Of a stretch of 64,000 bases of DNA, positions 1 to 10,198 are shown in pieces; position 1 is the stretch's first letter, and the number at the start of each line of letters is the position of its first letter. The position numbers were made by a program, and so were the translations under genes. The DNA lies in the NCBI GenBank assembly GCA_965222075.1, contig OZ244937.1, positions 1,248,001 to 1,312,000 on the forward strand, in the 5' to 3' direction. Origin of the DNA: Candidatus Latescibacterota bacterium (GTDB taxonomy: Bacteria; Latescibacterota; UBA2968; GCA-2709665). The notes beneath the pieces are model-generated. The model saw only the letters and a list, made by a program, of their open reading frames with translations, was not told where the DNA came from and searched no databases.

Positions 1-1438
1 GGCCCGCGGGCGGCTGGGCGCGGTTCGTTTGATTCAACTTAGAAATCTGACAAAGATCTACGGCGCCCCGGGCCGCTTCAGACGGGAATGGGCGCGGTAT
101 ATTCGGCGTGTGCAGCGGCTGCAGGCCGAAGGGGCAGACCCGGTTGACCGGAAGGCGGTCAAAGAGGGCCTGGTGTGGAAGCTGCCGCTGCTGGGGCTGA
201 TCGGGTACCTCCATACCTATTTTGAGGAGGGAATGTGGATCTACATCCATTCCCTGGTCACCTGGGGGATGCTGGCTCACCTGGCGCAGGCGGGGGCGGT
301 TCTCCGGCCGTTTGAGGTCCGGCTGCCCGGGTGGATACGACGGGCGGGGAGGGGGGGGGTGCGCAATCTTCTGCCGGCCCTCTTTCTGGGCTATATCCAC
401 TGGCGCTTGCGCCTGCCGTCGGTGACCGTGGCGTCTGCGGCGGTCTGGCTGGTCCTCCGTCTGGTCCGTTTTCTGGCCGGGCGGGTGCGGGACGGACGGG
501 TGGATGTGGAGAAGATCACCGGGCGGCTGGGCTTTCTGAGGCGCTGGACCTACCGCGGAGCCTGCGCACTGCCCCTCATCGGGGTGCCCAGGCCGGCGTT
601 CCGGGCCCTCTCGGGCGTGGACCTGGAGATCGGCCGGGGGATGTTCGGGCTTCTGGGCCCCAACGGGGCGGGGAAGACCACCCTGATGCGGATCGTCTGT
701 CAGGTGCTGGAGCCGAGTTATGGATCGGTGAGCATCGACGGCCGCAATGTGCTGCGGGAGGGACGCATCCAGGGCCTGGTCGGGTACCTGCCCCAGCATT
801 TTGGGCACTACAACCACCTTTCGGCCTATGCGTTCTTAGAATACCGTGCGCTTCTGGAAGGGCTTCGAGATGGGGCCGAACGGCGTGCCCGGGTGCTGGC
901 GTGCTTAGAGCAGGTCAACCTCACAGACCGGAAGGAAGACCCGATCGGGTCCTTTTCGGGAGGGATGAAGCAGCGGGTGGGCATTGCGCAGACCCTGCTG
1001 CACATGCCCCGGATTATTGTAGTGGACGAGCCGACCGCCGGGCTCGACCCGTTAGAGCGCATCCGGTTTCGCAACCTTTTGGCCCGGGTGAGCCAGGACC
1101 GGATTGTGATCTTCTCCACCCATATCGTAGAGGATATTTCGGGCAGTTGCAACCGGCTGGCGGTCCTCAACGCCGGGCGCCTGCTGTATACCGGCACTCC
1201 CCAGTCCATGCGCGACCTGGCCCGGGGACGGGTGTGGGAAGCGGTGATTGCGGAGGGTGCCTTCTTGCAGGTTGAACGGGAGCTGAACCTGATTTCGCAC
1301 GTGCGGACGCCGTCCGGGGTGCGGGCAAGGTTCCTCTCAGAGGCCCCTTCCCGGGACTTCCACGCCCAGCAGGTTGATCCAACGCTTGAGGATGCCTATC
1401 TCTATCTCCTCAGGCAGGAGAGGGGCACCCCATGTTGA
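1..1438 (+). CDS. ABC transporter ATP-binding domain with a membrane-helix insertion; 5'-partial, probably the C-terminus of a larger fusion protein
   Basis: Walker [10 protein letters not shown], signature FSGGMKQR, Walker B IIVVDEP, H-loop STHIV. The frame is open to the window edge. About 180 partly hydrophobic aa lie between IQLRNLTKIYG and ALSGVDLEI. Confidence 0.85.
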   Translation, partial: ARGRLGAVRLIQLRNLTKIYGAPGRFRREWARYIRRVQRLQAEGADPVDRKAVKEGLVWKLPLLGLIGYLHTYFEEGMWIYIHSLVTWGMLAHLAQAGAVLRPFEVRLPGWIRRAGRGGVRNLLPALFLGYIHWRLRLPSVTVASAAVWLVLRLVRFLAGRVRDGRVDVEKITGRLGFLRRWTYRGACALPLIGVPRPAFRALSGVDLEIGRGMFGLLGPNGAGKTTLMRIVCQVLEPSYGSVSIDGRNVLREGRIQGLVGYLPQHFGHYNHLSAYAFLEYRALLEGLRDGAERRARVLACLEQVNLTDRKEDPIGSFSGGMKQRVGIAQTLLHMPRIIVVDEPTAGLDPLERIRFRNLLARVSQDRIVIFSTHIVEDISGSCNRLAVLNAGRLLYTGTPQSMRDLARGRVWEAVIAEGAFLQVERELNLISHVRTPSGVRARFLSEAPSRDFHAQQVDPTLEDAYLYLLRQERGTPC

Positions 1439-2151
1439 CCTGGCGCGATCTAACGTGGAGCGCCTGGAGGCTTTCCCGGCTCAGCTTTCAGATCGTGTTC
1501 CACCGGAAGCTCCTCTTTATGGGGGGAGGCATCCTGGCCTATTACGCGATTCTTTACGCCCTGGCCGTCTTTCGCCCCGGAGAGGGGTTCAGTGCGATTC
1601 AGGCGCTGCACATTCTGGTTGAGGCCCCCGGCACCGTGCTTGCGATTTATCTCACCATGGATCTGGTGGCGGGGGAGCGGGACCGGGATACCCTGGAGGT
1701 GCTGTTCAGCACCTCTGCTTCGCACTATAAAATCTGGATGGTCCGCATGCTGTCCATCTATGTGGTGCTTGGGGCATCGCTGGTGGCGATGAGCACCCTC
1801 TGCTATTTCCTGTTTGCCGAATTCCTCGTTGTGGAGGGGGCGCTGAATGCCTTCCTGCCTGCGTTCCTGGTGGCCAATCTGACGTTCTTTTTTTCTGTCA
1901 CTTTCCGCAGCGGCAATGCCGCCGGGATGCTCTCGCTGGGGTTTTTGATTCTGATCTTGCTGGCTTCCGGCCCCCTGAGAGACACCCCGTATTTCCTTTT
2001 TCTCAACCCGTCCGATCCTCCCATAGGCGTAGACGATACGCTCTGGGAGGACCAGGTGCTGGTCAATCGCGCGGGCGTTGCCGCCCTGGGCTGTGTGCTG
2101 CTTTTCCTGGCGTTGCGCCGGATGGAAGGGAGGGAGCGGCTGTTGTCGTAA
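1432..2151 (+). CDS. ABC-2 type permease
   Basis: About 6 hydrophobic segments, 'GERDRDTLEVLFS' ABC-2 motif, overlaps the ATPase stop. Confidence 0.8.
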   Translation: MLTWRDLTWSAWRLSRLSFQIVFHRKLLFMGGGILAYYAILYALAVFRPGEGFSAIQALHILVEAPGTVLAIYLTMDLVAGERDRDTLEVLFSTSASHYKIWMVRMLSIYVVLGASLVAMSTLCYFLFAEFLVVEGALNAFLPAFLVANLTFFFSVTFRSGNAAGMLSLGFLILILLASGPLRDTPYFLFLNPSDPPIGVDDTLWEDQVLVNRAGVAALGCVLLFLALRRMEGRERLLS

Positions 2152-3286
2152 CACGTCTTATATACCCATCTCCCGGCCTTTGGACCGTCCCCCAGATTCC
2201 CGGAATCTTCCGGCCGCAATCGGGGCAGGAGCCGCTGTCTCCAATCCGTACTTGAAGGATGCGGAAGCCGAAGCGTTCAACCAGTAGCGCGCCACAGCCG
2301 GGACAGGTGGTATTTTCAAAATCTCCCACCTGTCCGGGAAGGTTGCCGGCGTAAACATAATGGAGACCGGCTTCTTTGCCGATCTCGGCCGCCCGAAGCA
2401 GGGTCCTGGCCGATGTGTTGGCAGGATCGGTCATCTTGTAGTCCTTGTGGAAGGCCGTGACGTGCCAGGGGATGTCCAGGGAAATGGAGGCGAGAAACTC
2501 GGCTGCGTCCCGCATTTCCTCCTCCGATGTGTTCCAGTCCGGCACCAGAAGGGTCACGATCTCCATCCAGAACCCTCGCTTGTATACCATCCGGACCGTG
2601 TCCAGGATGTTTTGGAGTACCCCCCCCAGTTTCCGATAGTTGCGGTCTGACATGGTCTTCAGGTCGATTTTATAACAATCGGTCCAGGGCCTGAGGTAGT
2701 CCAAAACTTCCGGCGTGGCGTTGCCGTTGGAGACAAAGGCCGTCTTTAGCCCTTCGGACCTGGCCAGCCGGAAGACCTCCAGGGCCCATTCGGAGGTGAT
2801 CAGGGGCTCGTTGTAAGAACTGCCCACCATCATCGCCCCCAGCTCTTTGCCTGTGGCAATCAGTTGTTCGGGAGAGATTTCGCGGGGACGGACGTCGGCC
2901 GCAGGGTCGCGTAAGGCCTGAGAAGTCAACCAGTTTTGACAGTAGGAACAATGCAGATCACATCCCAACATCCCAAAAGTCAACGTGTTAGACCCGGGAT
3001 AGACGTGAAAGAAGGGCTTCTTCTCCGTTGGGTCGCACTGGAGCCCGCCCACATACCCCCAGGGCACACGCAGTTTCCCCTCCTGATTAAACCGCACCTT
3101 GCAGATGCCCTGTCTCCCCTCCGGAATCCGGCAGCGGTGTCCGCACGCATAACAGCGGATCCGATTGCCCTCCAGGTGCTCCCACAGTTCGCCTTCCACG
3201 GCTTCTGCGGTCAGCCCGTTTAATACCTCGGCCAGGGTGGGTTTGGACACCAGGGGTAAACCCAGAGGTTTCATCGGCGTTTCCAC
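2063..3286 (-). CDS. amrS: AmmeMemoRadiSam system radical SAM enzyme
   Basis: CYACGHRC..GICKVR N-terminus, DPTEKKPFFH, CDLHCSYCQNW (CxxxCxxC), YVYAGN, C-terminal CPGC/CPDC. Confidence 0.9.
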   Translation of the reverse strand: METPMKPLGLPLVSKPTLAEVLNGLTAEAVEGELWEHLEGNRIRCYACGHRCRIPEGRQGICKVRFNQEGKLRVPWGYVGGLQCDPTEKKPFFHVYPGSNTLTFGMLGCDLHCSYCQNWLTSQALRDPAADVRPREISPEQLIATGKELGAMMVGSSYNEPLITSEWALEVFRLARSEGLKTAFVSNGNATPEVLDYLRPWTDCYKIDLKTMSDRNYRKLGGVLQNILDTVRMVYKRGFWMEIVTLLVPDWNTSEEEMRDAAEFLASISLDIPWHVTAFHKDYKMTDPANTSARTLLRAAEIGKEAGLHYVYAGNLPGQVGDFENTTCPGCGALLVERFGFRILQVRIGDSGSCPDCGRKIPGIWGTVQRPGDGYIRRVTTTAAPSLPSGATPGKAAHSPGRQRPRD

Positions 3287-3295
3287 CTCATAAAA

Positions 3296-6200
3296 TTAAT
3301 GTGATCCATGTTCAAAATAACTTAACCCCCCTCCCGCCGTGCTGCATACGACCCCCTCACCGCAGGGCCATAAGCCACGAACAGCTCCTTTTGCGGTGGT
3401 AGACCCAACGCACTCGCCCTGTAGATCGTAAACCAGAAGATCGCCATTTTCAGCAGCGATGACACTGTGTTCTCCTACTGGAACGATGGCACGAATCCAT
3501 TCTGCCGCCTGCGCCTGCCAGAGCACCTCTCCCCGACGGCCAAAACCGTAGAGCCTGCCGTACTCATTGGCACCAATCAGGATGTCCGGAAAAACGGCCA
3601 GTCCCTTGACTTCGCCAACGATGTTGATGTGCCAGACCTCGGTCCCATCCTGTGGCTTCACCGCATAAATCCAGCCGTCCGCCGTGCCGTAGATAATCTC
3701 CCGGACACCGTCATCATCTACATCGCACAGCTGCATGCAGGTCAGGCAAATCCCTCGCCTGGGGGTAGTCGCATTGCCTTCCGAGCCCACTTCCTCAAAG
3801 GTGGACCAGCGGAAGGATCCATCGTCATTGTGCACGGTTAACGGGGTGGAATACTCGGTGCCTACCATCACTTCGGCCCTGCCGTCTCCGTCTGCATCCG
3901 CCACCGTGAGCGCCGTGATCGCATGGTAGCGGAACCAGTTGGCCCACTTAGGCGTTCCGTCGGCGGCAAAGGCGTTCACATACCAGCCCTCGGTTCCGGC
4001 CAGCACACTCAGATCGCCAGCACCTTCCAGGTCGGCCACGGCGATGTCGGACACTTTCGCTCCCCTGTGCCACATGTTCTTCAGTTCCCGGCGCCAGCGC
4101 TCTGCGCCCGTCTGCCCCTCCAGTGCAATCAGGTGAGAATCGGCCGTGCCCACCAGCGCCTCTGCCACACCATCCGAATCGATATCTGCCAGTCGAAAGC
4201 TGGTGGGATGTTCATCCAGCCGGTGCGACCAGGACGCCTTACCATCCTGAACCGCCACCTGAAAAACCTCTCCGTTCCCGGTCCCGGCCAGGAGGGTTTC
4301 ACCGAAGACATCCACAGCGCTGATTTCTGCGCCGGCCTGGCGGTCCCACCTCTGGTGAAAGCCCCCCTCCGGCCGTGGCGCGGACGGAATGCTGTAAGAT
4401 GCCGGTTTTGGAATAGCAGCCTGTATCGCTTCCCCCAATCGCCGAGCAGTGGTGTTAGACGCTGCATCAAGCGTTTGAACCCCGCCTTTGACGTCCTCTC
4501 CGTCTATGCGATCAAGCCCCTGAACGGTCAGTTTATCTCCAGAAAGGCAGACTACGAACACCGACGCTTCGATCTCCAGGTCTCCCAGACGAGCGTTGCC
4601 GACCCCCAGAACAGTCTGCGCTGCGCCGTCGGTGACCTTGACCATCAGATCGGTCAGACGTTCTATCTTTACATCTGCATGCGGGGTCAGCAGATTCACA
4701 AAGGTTATGTCCTCTCCATTTTGCAGCATCCCGCCGGACTTCTGGTGCAAAATGTTGAGCACACCATCCGCGTAGGGATAGGCCGTCCAGCGGCTCTTTT
4801 CGTGGAAGTCCGGAACGACTTCCTGTGCTGTTCCGCCGGCGCTGCGAATGTAGAAGGTCTCCCCCTGCTGGTGCAGGGCGACATCCGGCCCTTTTTCTTC
4901 CACCTCTCCCACCAGACGCCAGAGACACCGGCAGCGGTAGTCGCCGGCCTGTGTGCAGTGGAGCCGGTCGATCACGACAAAATAGCGCCCTTTGCCCCAG
5001 AAGATATTCCTCAGCCAGTTCACACCGTTGTAGCCGGAGGCCTCGGTCTGGACCAGGCCGAAGGTCGGACCATCGTTCGTGTTGTTCAGCGAAGCCACAG
5101 GAGGAATGACGATCCCGTCCCCCGGGGCATCCAGAACCCCTACTCCATTTCGGGTGACCACGATGGAATTGTGGAATTTGGGGGCCGCCCGGATGTAATC
5201 TCCATCCCCCAGCCAGGCCCTGTTCTTCCAGGTCAAACGGACGATGGCGTTGCTGTCTTCGTGGCCGTGGCAGGTGCTACCAAGCCCTTCAAGCAGCAGA
5301 TACTCGTCGTGGGGGTCGAAGTTGCGACGCAGGGAAAGCTTATCGAAATAGGTCTTTTCCGGATCGGGATGGTGGGATGCAGGATGGTGATTGCGCACCC
5401 ACCCCAGCACGGGTTCGGGAAGTTCGATCGCGCAGATGCCCAGCAGGTCAACCGGTTCTTCGGGCTGGCAACCCCTGAGGCAGAAGCGTCCGCCGTTCCA
5501 CTCGACCCCGGCATAAAGGCCGGATGGTACGCGGCTCAGAGGAGGCGTCTTACCCTCGCCCAGCCAGTTGAGGGCCCACAGGTGCTTTGGGCTGCGGGTA
5601 TACCAGGTCGAAACCATCAGCGGCCAGAGCCGGCCGTCCCACCCTGTGCCCGAGAAAGCGGAATACCCCGATGTATCTCCATAATTGCCTTCGCTGCGCA
5701 TATTGTCCGCCGTCACCACTGCCAGTTTGCACAGGTCTGCGACATGGCCATTTTCAATATAGCGATAATCATCCCTATACAACAGGTAGTAAAGCGTCTC
5801 CTGCGGCACGTGCCAGGCATATCCCACCCCGGCGTCGTCATTGGGTTTGTAGCAGTCCGCCTGTCCCGCAAAGATCCGTTCGGCTGTTTCCGCCTCGGGT
5901 ACAAATTCCTGGATGCCGTAGCGTTTGACCATATAATCGTGGCCAACGGCCAGGTTCAGGCCGATGAAGGTGGTGTGATTCTGGCGGATCTCGCCGGGGG
6001 GATTGACATCCTCTTTGAGGTAGAACAGGCCGCCAAGGTGGCGAAGCAGATCACAAAGCAGGGTCACCACACCGCGCCGGTCACCGTCCGTGTACAGCGG
6101 ACTGTCCTCGATCAGGTCCCAGAGGTGGATGAAACCGTGGAGATTGAAGAAGCAGTGGTAGCTCTCCGGAGACTCCCGCCGCTGCGCCCGCCAGGGGTCA

Positions 6201-6850
6201 ATAGAACCGGTCAGGATAGACGCAATCGCACGCGTCCACACCGGATGGTCGGTCAGATAAGCGTACCAGGCGTAGTTCGGCACTTTGCCCCCACGAAACG
6301 GGGAAGAGGCCCAGCCGCCGTTCCAGGTGTCCAGGTCGGCCCGGACCAGGCGGTCCAGTTCGGATTCGTCCGGAAAAGGCGGGAGGTCGTGCGCAAAGTG
6401 TGCGGCGTGCACCCTGTCCAGCGCTCCGCCGCTGTTGCGAACAATATCTTCAAAAACGGGGAGGGCCAGAGATAAGCCCTCCTTTGTGCTGGCGCCAATC
6501 GTGATGCAGTTCACCCCGTGACCAAAGGGATCGGAAACCGATTTGATAAAATAGCCGTCGCCGCCGGGAAAGAAGGTGTCCGCAAAACAGCAGCGGGCCG
6601 TATAAAGCCGGCACAGCGCGGCGTTGCTGGCCATATTGCCACAGGCGATAACCTGCGCATCCCGGAAGAGATCCCGGGTAAAATCCTTCTGAGAAAGGAT
6701 ATCCGGCGCTTTCCCCTGCCGGGCAATCACACGCTGAAGGCTCAGGACAGACGGGGCGTCGGCCATACCGTCCGGGACCACCAGAACGGTATGGGCGGAA
6801 AGGTTGGTGGGAGGAAAGTGGCGGGATCGCTTAAAGACAGGCTCTGCCAT
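3296..6850 (-). CDS. Large heparinase II/III-like (polysaccharide lyase-like) protein with C-terminal FG-GAP/PQQ beta-propeller
   Basis: QNHT motif, HGHEDSNAI..HNSIVV heparinase II/III-like motifs, repeated DxDGDG loops and W-ending propeller blades at the C-terminus. Confidence 0.6.
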   Translation of the reverse strand: MAEPVFKRSRHFPPTNLSAHTVLVVPDGMADAPSVLSLQRVIARQGKAPDILSQKDFTRDLFRDAQVIACGNMASNAALCRLYTARCCFADTFFPGGDGYFIKSVSDPFGHGVNCITIGASTKEGLSLALPVFEDIVRNSGGALDRVHAAHFAHDLPPFPDESELDRLVRADLDTWNGGWASSPFRGGKVPNYAWYAYLTDHPVWTRAIASILTGSIDPWRAQRRESPESYHCFFNLHGFIHLWDLIEDSPLYTDGDRRGVVTLLCDLLRHLGGLFYLKEDVNPPGEIRQNHTTFIGLNLAVGHDYMVKRYGIQEFVPEAETAERIFAGQADCYKPNDDAGVGYAWHVPQETLYYLLYRDDYRYIENGHVADLCKLAVVTADNMRSEGNYGDTSGYSAFSGTGWDGRLWPLMVSTWYTRSPKHLWALNWLGEGKTPPLSRVPSGLYAGVEWNGGRFCLRGCQPEEPVDLLGICAIELPEPVLGWVRNHHPASHHPDPEKTYFDKLSLRRNFDPHDEYLLLEGLGSTCHGHEDSNAIVRLTWKNRAWLGDGDYIRAAPKFHNSIVVTRNGVGVLDAPGDGIVIPPVASLNNTNDGPTFGLVQTEASGYNGVNWLRNIFWGKGRYFVVIDRLHCTQAGDYRCRCLWRLVGEVEEKGPDVALHQQGETFYIRSAGGTAQEVVPDFHEKSRWTAYPYADGVLNILHQKSGGMLQNGEDITFVNLLTPHADVKIERLTDLMVKVTDGAAQTVLGVGNARLGDLEIEASVFVVCLSGDKLTVQGLDRIDGEDVKGGVQTLDAASNTTARRLGEAIQAAIPKPASYSIPSAPRPEGGFHQRWDRQAGAEISAVDVFGETLLAGTGNGEVFQVAVQDGKASWSHRLDEHPTSFRLADIDSDGVAEALVGTADSHLIALEGQTGAERWRRELKNMWHRGAKVSDIAVADLEGAGDLSVLAGTEGWYVNAFAADGTPKWANWFRYHAITALTVADADGDGRAEVMVGTEYSTPLTVHNDDGSFRWSTFEEVGSEGNATTPRRGICLTCMQLCDVDDDGVREIIYGTADGWIYAVKPQDGTEVWHINIVGEVKGLAVFPDILIGANEYGRLYGFGRRGEVLWQAQAAEWIRAIVPVGEHSVIAAENGDLLVYDLQGECVGSTTAKGAVRGLWPCGEGVVCSTAGGGLSYFEHGSH

Positions 6851-6852
6851 GC

Positions 6853-7533
6853 TCAGTTCATCACCCCCATCTGTCGGAGTTCGGCCTTTGCGCTACGCAC
6901 GATGCTGCTCTTGGGGTAATCCTTCAGGATCCGCTGCAACGCACCCTGCGCTTTTTCCGGATTACCGGCGCCTGCGTAACACCGCGAAGCCTCTTTCAGA
7001 ACGATTGGCGCAAATGGTGATGCCCTGTATTGGTCTGCATATGCAACATATTTCTCTGCGGCTTCCACATAGCTGCCCTGCTCTTCCAGGCAGGCGGCAA
7101 TGCCTATCCAGGCGGCGTATCCGGCAGGCCCCTCATCCCCGTAGGTGCTCAAATACCCCTGGTAAGTGGTCTGCGCCTCCGCATAGCGCCCCAGGTCATA
7201 GTACAGCCCCCCCAGCAGCAGCAGCACCTGCTCGGCAGCCGGTTTCCCGCTGTATTCCTCTGCAACCCGCTCTGCCTGAAAAACGGCGTCTTCGACCTTT
7301 CCTTGATGAAGGGCAATCCGGACATCCCCCAGGGCGTCTATGGAGGCCTGTGTCTGTTGATCCGATTGACTTTTTATAAACATACCAGCAAGGACAGCAA
7401 CCACGATTGCGCCCAGTCCCGCCAGGAATTTGGGATAATTCTTCTCTATATACCCCCAGGCCTGTAACGCCCGGGTCACCAGTTCGTCCTCTTTGAGGTC
7501 CTTTTTGGTCAGCCGTCCATGCGCCCTCTGCAT
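6853..7533 (-). CDS. YfgM-like membrane-anchored tetratricopeptide repeat protein
   Basis: LTKKDLKEDE N-terminus, one TM helix, TPR helices ending ILKDYPKS. Confidence 0.8.
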   Translation of the reverse strand: MQRAHGRLTKKDLKEDELVTRALQAWGYIEKNYPKFLAGLGAIVVAVLAGMFIKSQSDQQTQASIDALGDVRIALHQGKVEDAVFQAERVAEEYSGKPAAEQVLLLLGGLYYDLGRYAEAQTTYQGYLSTYGDEGPAGYAAWIGIAACLEEQGSYVEAAEKYVAYADQYRASPFAPIVLKEASRCYAGAGNPEKAQGALQRILKDYPKSSIVRSAKAELRQMGVMN

Positions 7534-7619
7534 CTTCTCTCCTCCTTAGAAGCTGTGGATGAGGAGTTACCCCATCTGTTAGAAGTCTCCCCGCTTTTAT
7601 TGTGCGAGTTACGGGTTTC

Positions 7620-10160
7620 TCACTGCGTTTGTGACATAGGGTGCGCCACTGAGATCTGCAGGGGCAGGTTCAAAGTCGAGGGCGGCAGGCAGCGGCTGTC
7701 GTCGCAGGCCTGGAAATCGAGCTGGAGGTGGAGCCTGCCCCGTGCGCCCGGTTCTGTCTCCGGTGCCAGCTTGAGGGTTGCCCGGAGGATGACCTCGTCC
7801 TTGTAGACGGAGAGGGGCTGGTCGGCAAAGCCGAGGGTGAGCTGCCGGGCAGGGGGGTAGTCGACCGAGAGGACCTCCACCGGCAGGTCTGAGGTGACCT
7901 TGAGTTCGGTGGGGATCAGGAAGTCGAGCGAAGCGGGGTTGGCGTTGATGTGCCAGGTGTCCGCCACATGGAGGGTAAGCGTGATCTCAAAGGGCGTTTC
8001 GGGGACCACGCGGTCTACGGCGAGGGCGGCCCGGGCCTGGACCAGGTCTTCCCCTTTGGGGAGAGAAGAGGCCAGGCTCCCCCCGGGCGCTGGACCTGCC
8101 CGCGCGCTGCGCGCAGGCGGGTCGGATGGGGCAACCTGCAGGTAGCGCTGCACCCCTAAGAGCATCCGGTTGAAGGCCCTGGGGCTTTGTCCCATCAACC
8201 CGGCAAAGGCCTGCATGGTACGGCGTGCCCGGTCCAGATAGTCGCGGTTGCCCGTTGCTTCGTTGAGTGTCAGGAGGATGTGGACCGCCTCGGCGTTGCC
8301 CGAAGGGATGGCGGCTTCGTAGGGGCTTTTGGTGCGAACAATGAGGCGCTCCGAGCCGGTCGTAAAGTAGAATCCGCCCCCTGCTTTATCCCAGAAGAGG
8401 CGGTGCATCCGGTCCGTCAGGTCCTCCGCATGCTGGAGGTAACGGTCCTCTTTGGAGGCGCGGTAGAGGCCCAGCAGCCCCTGAATGAGAAAGGCGTAGT
8501 CTTCCTGGTAGCCCGTGTACTTGACCTTTCCCTTCCGGTAGGTACGCATCAGGTTGCCTTCCCGATCCCGCAGCTGCGCAAGGATAAAGTCGGCCGCCCG
8601 GCGGGCGCGCTGGAGGTAGACTTCTGTTTTTAAGACCTCATATCCGTAGGCGTAGGCGTCAATCATCATTCCGTTCCAGGCGGTGACGATTTTGGTGTCC
8701 AAAAGGGGGCGGTCCCGCCGCAGCCTGGCCTGCAGGAGCGCGGCCCTGGGGGGGCGCAGCCTGGCCTGGAGTTCCTCGGCGGAGATGCCTGCCGAATCGG
8801 CGGCAGTCTTTAAAGGGCGGGGCAAAAAGAGCACCCTGCCTTCTTCTTTGGGCAGGGGCGCCAGGCCGTAGACTTTCAGGAAGAGATCCGCCTCCCTTCC
8901 CAGGATGTCCCGGATTTCCCCTTCCGTCCAGAGATAATATTCCCCTTCTTTCCCGTGGGTTTCCGAATCCAGGGCCGAGTAGAACCCACCCTGCGGGGCG
9001 GTCATCACCCGGTCTACGAGTTGAAAGATGCCCTCCGCGGTCTGCCGGAAGGCCTCATCGCCTGTGGCGTGGTAGGCATGGAGGTAGACCTTTGCAAGCA
9101 TCGCCTGATTGTAGAGCATCTTCTCAAAGTGGGGCACCCACCAGCGGTCGTCGGTGGCGTAGCGGTGGAACCCGCCCCCGAGGTGGTCGTGCATGCCCCC
9201 CCGGGCCATCATGTTCAGGGTATGGGTGACGATTTCGAGCAGCCTGGAATTTCCAGTGCGTTTGTGTTCGGTCAGGAGGAGTTCCAGGACCTGGTCGGGA
9301 GGGAATTTGGGCGCCCTGCCAAACCCTCCGTAGGCGTTGTCGTAACTCCCCTCCAGCCGCCGGATGGCATTGTCCACCAGGGCCCGGTCCAGGTCCACTT
9401 TGCCGGGCGACGTTTCCGAGTTCTTCTCGGCCCGCCGGATGGCCTCGGCGACCTGCTCCGCCCGTGCGTTGACTTCCTCCCGACGGTTTGTCCAGAAGTC
9501 GTGCAGGCTTTTCAATACCCGGGGAAATCCCGGCCTGCCGAATTGCCTGTTGTCCTGCGGGGGGAAGTAGGTCCCGGCGAAGAAGGGCTTCAGGTCGGGG
9601 GTGAGGAAGACCGAATTGGGCCAGCCCCCGTGGCGGGTGATGATGCGCGTGGCCGTCATGTAGATTTCGTCGATGTCGGGGCGTTCCTCTCGGTCGACCT
9701 TGATGTTGATAAACCACCGGTTCATCAGGTTGGCGATTGCGGGATCGGAGAAGACGAGCCGTTCCATAACATGACACCAGTAGCAGGTGGAGTAGCCCAC
9801 GGAGAGAAAGACCGGTTTGTCTTCCTCCAGGGCCCGTTCCAGCGCCCTGGGACCCCAGGGGTACCAGTCCACCGGGTTGTGCGCGTGCAGCAGCAGATAG
9901 GGGCTGGTCTCGTGGATCAGGCGGTTGGTGTACTTCCAGGAGCCGTCGGGGGTTTTCAGTTTTGCTGCGTGGGGGTGGACCTCCTCTGTATAACCGGCCG
10001 ATGCGGTTGGCAGGGAGACCTCTGTCGCTTCCTCTTTCGATGTCCCTATCAAGTAGCCCGTCCCTCCGACCGCAGTGAGGAGCCCAATCCCGGCCAGGAG
10101 GAAAAGCCAGGTTTTTCTCCGCTTGAAGAGAGGTGTTTTTGACCCTTGTGTTGCATCCAT
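7620..10160 (-). CDS. DUF255/YyaL (SSP411) thioredoxin-domain protein with C-terminal DsbD-N-like domain
   Basis: [47 protein letters not shown]-terminal WHINANP and [12 protein letters not shown]-terminal TM anchor. Confidence 0.9.
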   Translation of the reverse strand: MDATQGSKTPLFKRRKTWLFLLAGIGLLTAVGGTGYLIGTSKEEATEVSLPTASAGYTEEVHPHAAKLKTPDGSWKYTNRLIHETSPYLLLHAHNPVDWYPWGPRALERALEEDKPVFLSVGYSTCYWCHVMERLVFSDPAIANLMNRWFINIKVDREERPDIDEIYMTATRIITRHGGWPNSVFLTPDLKPFFAGTYFPPQDNRQFGRPGFPRVLKSLHDFWTNRREEVNARAEQVAEAIRRAEKNSETSPGKVDLDRALVDNAIRRLEGSYDNAYGGFGRAPKFPPDQVLELLLTEHKRTGNSRLLEIVTHTLNMMARGGMHDHLGGGFHRYATDDRWWVPHFEKMLYNQAMLAKVYLHAYHATGDEAFRQTAEGIFQLVDRVMTAPQGGFYSALDSETHGKEGEYYLWTEGEIRDILGREADLFLKVYGLAPLPKEEGRVLFLPRPLKTAADSAGISAEELQARLRPPRAALLQARLRRDRPLLDTKIVTAWNGMMIDAYAYGYEVLKTEVYLQRARRAADFILAQLRDREGNLMRTYRKGKVKYTGYQEDYAFLIQGLLGLYRASKEDRYLQHAEDLTDRMHRLFWDKAGGGFYFTTGSERLIVRTKSPYEAAIPSGNAEAVHILLTLNEATGNRDYLDRARRTMQAFAGLMGQSPRAFNRMLLGVQRYLQVAPSDPPARSARAGPAPGGSLASSLPKGEDLVQARAALAVDRVVPETPFEITLTLHVADTWHINANPASLDFLIPTELKVTSDLPVEVLSVDYPPARQLTLGFADQPLSVYKDEVILRATLKLAPETEPGARGRLHLQLDFQACDDSRCLPPSTLNLPLQISVAHPMSQTQ

Positions 10161-10198
10161 CAGGATGACCTCATAGGAAGATTTGGAGAGAGCACCCC

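Noticed and set aside
3923-6475. 850-aa plus-strand ORF, and similar long antisense ORFs at 30252-32375, 41591-43693 and 59637-61061
   Set aside because: Antisense shadows of real genes, expected in high-GC DNA; no motifs.
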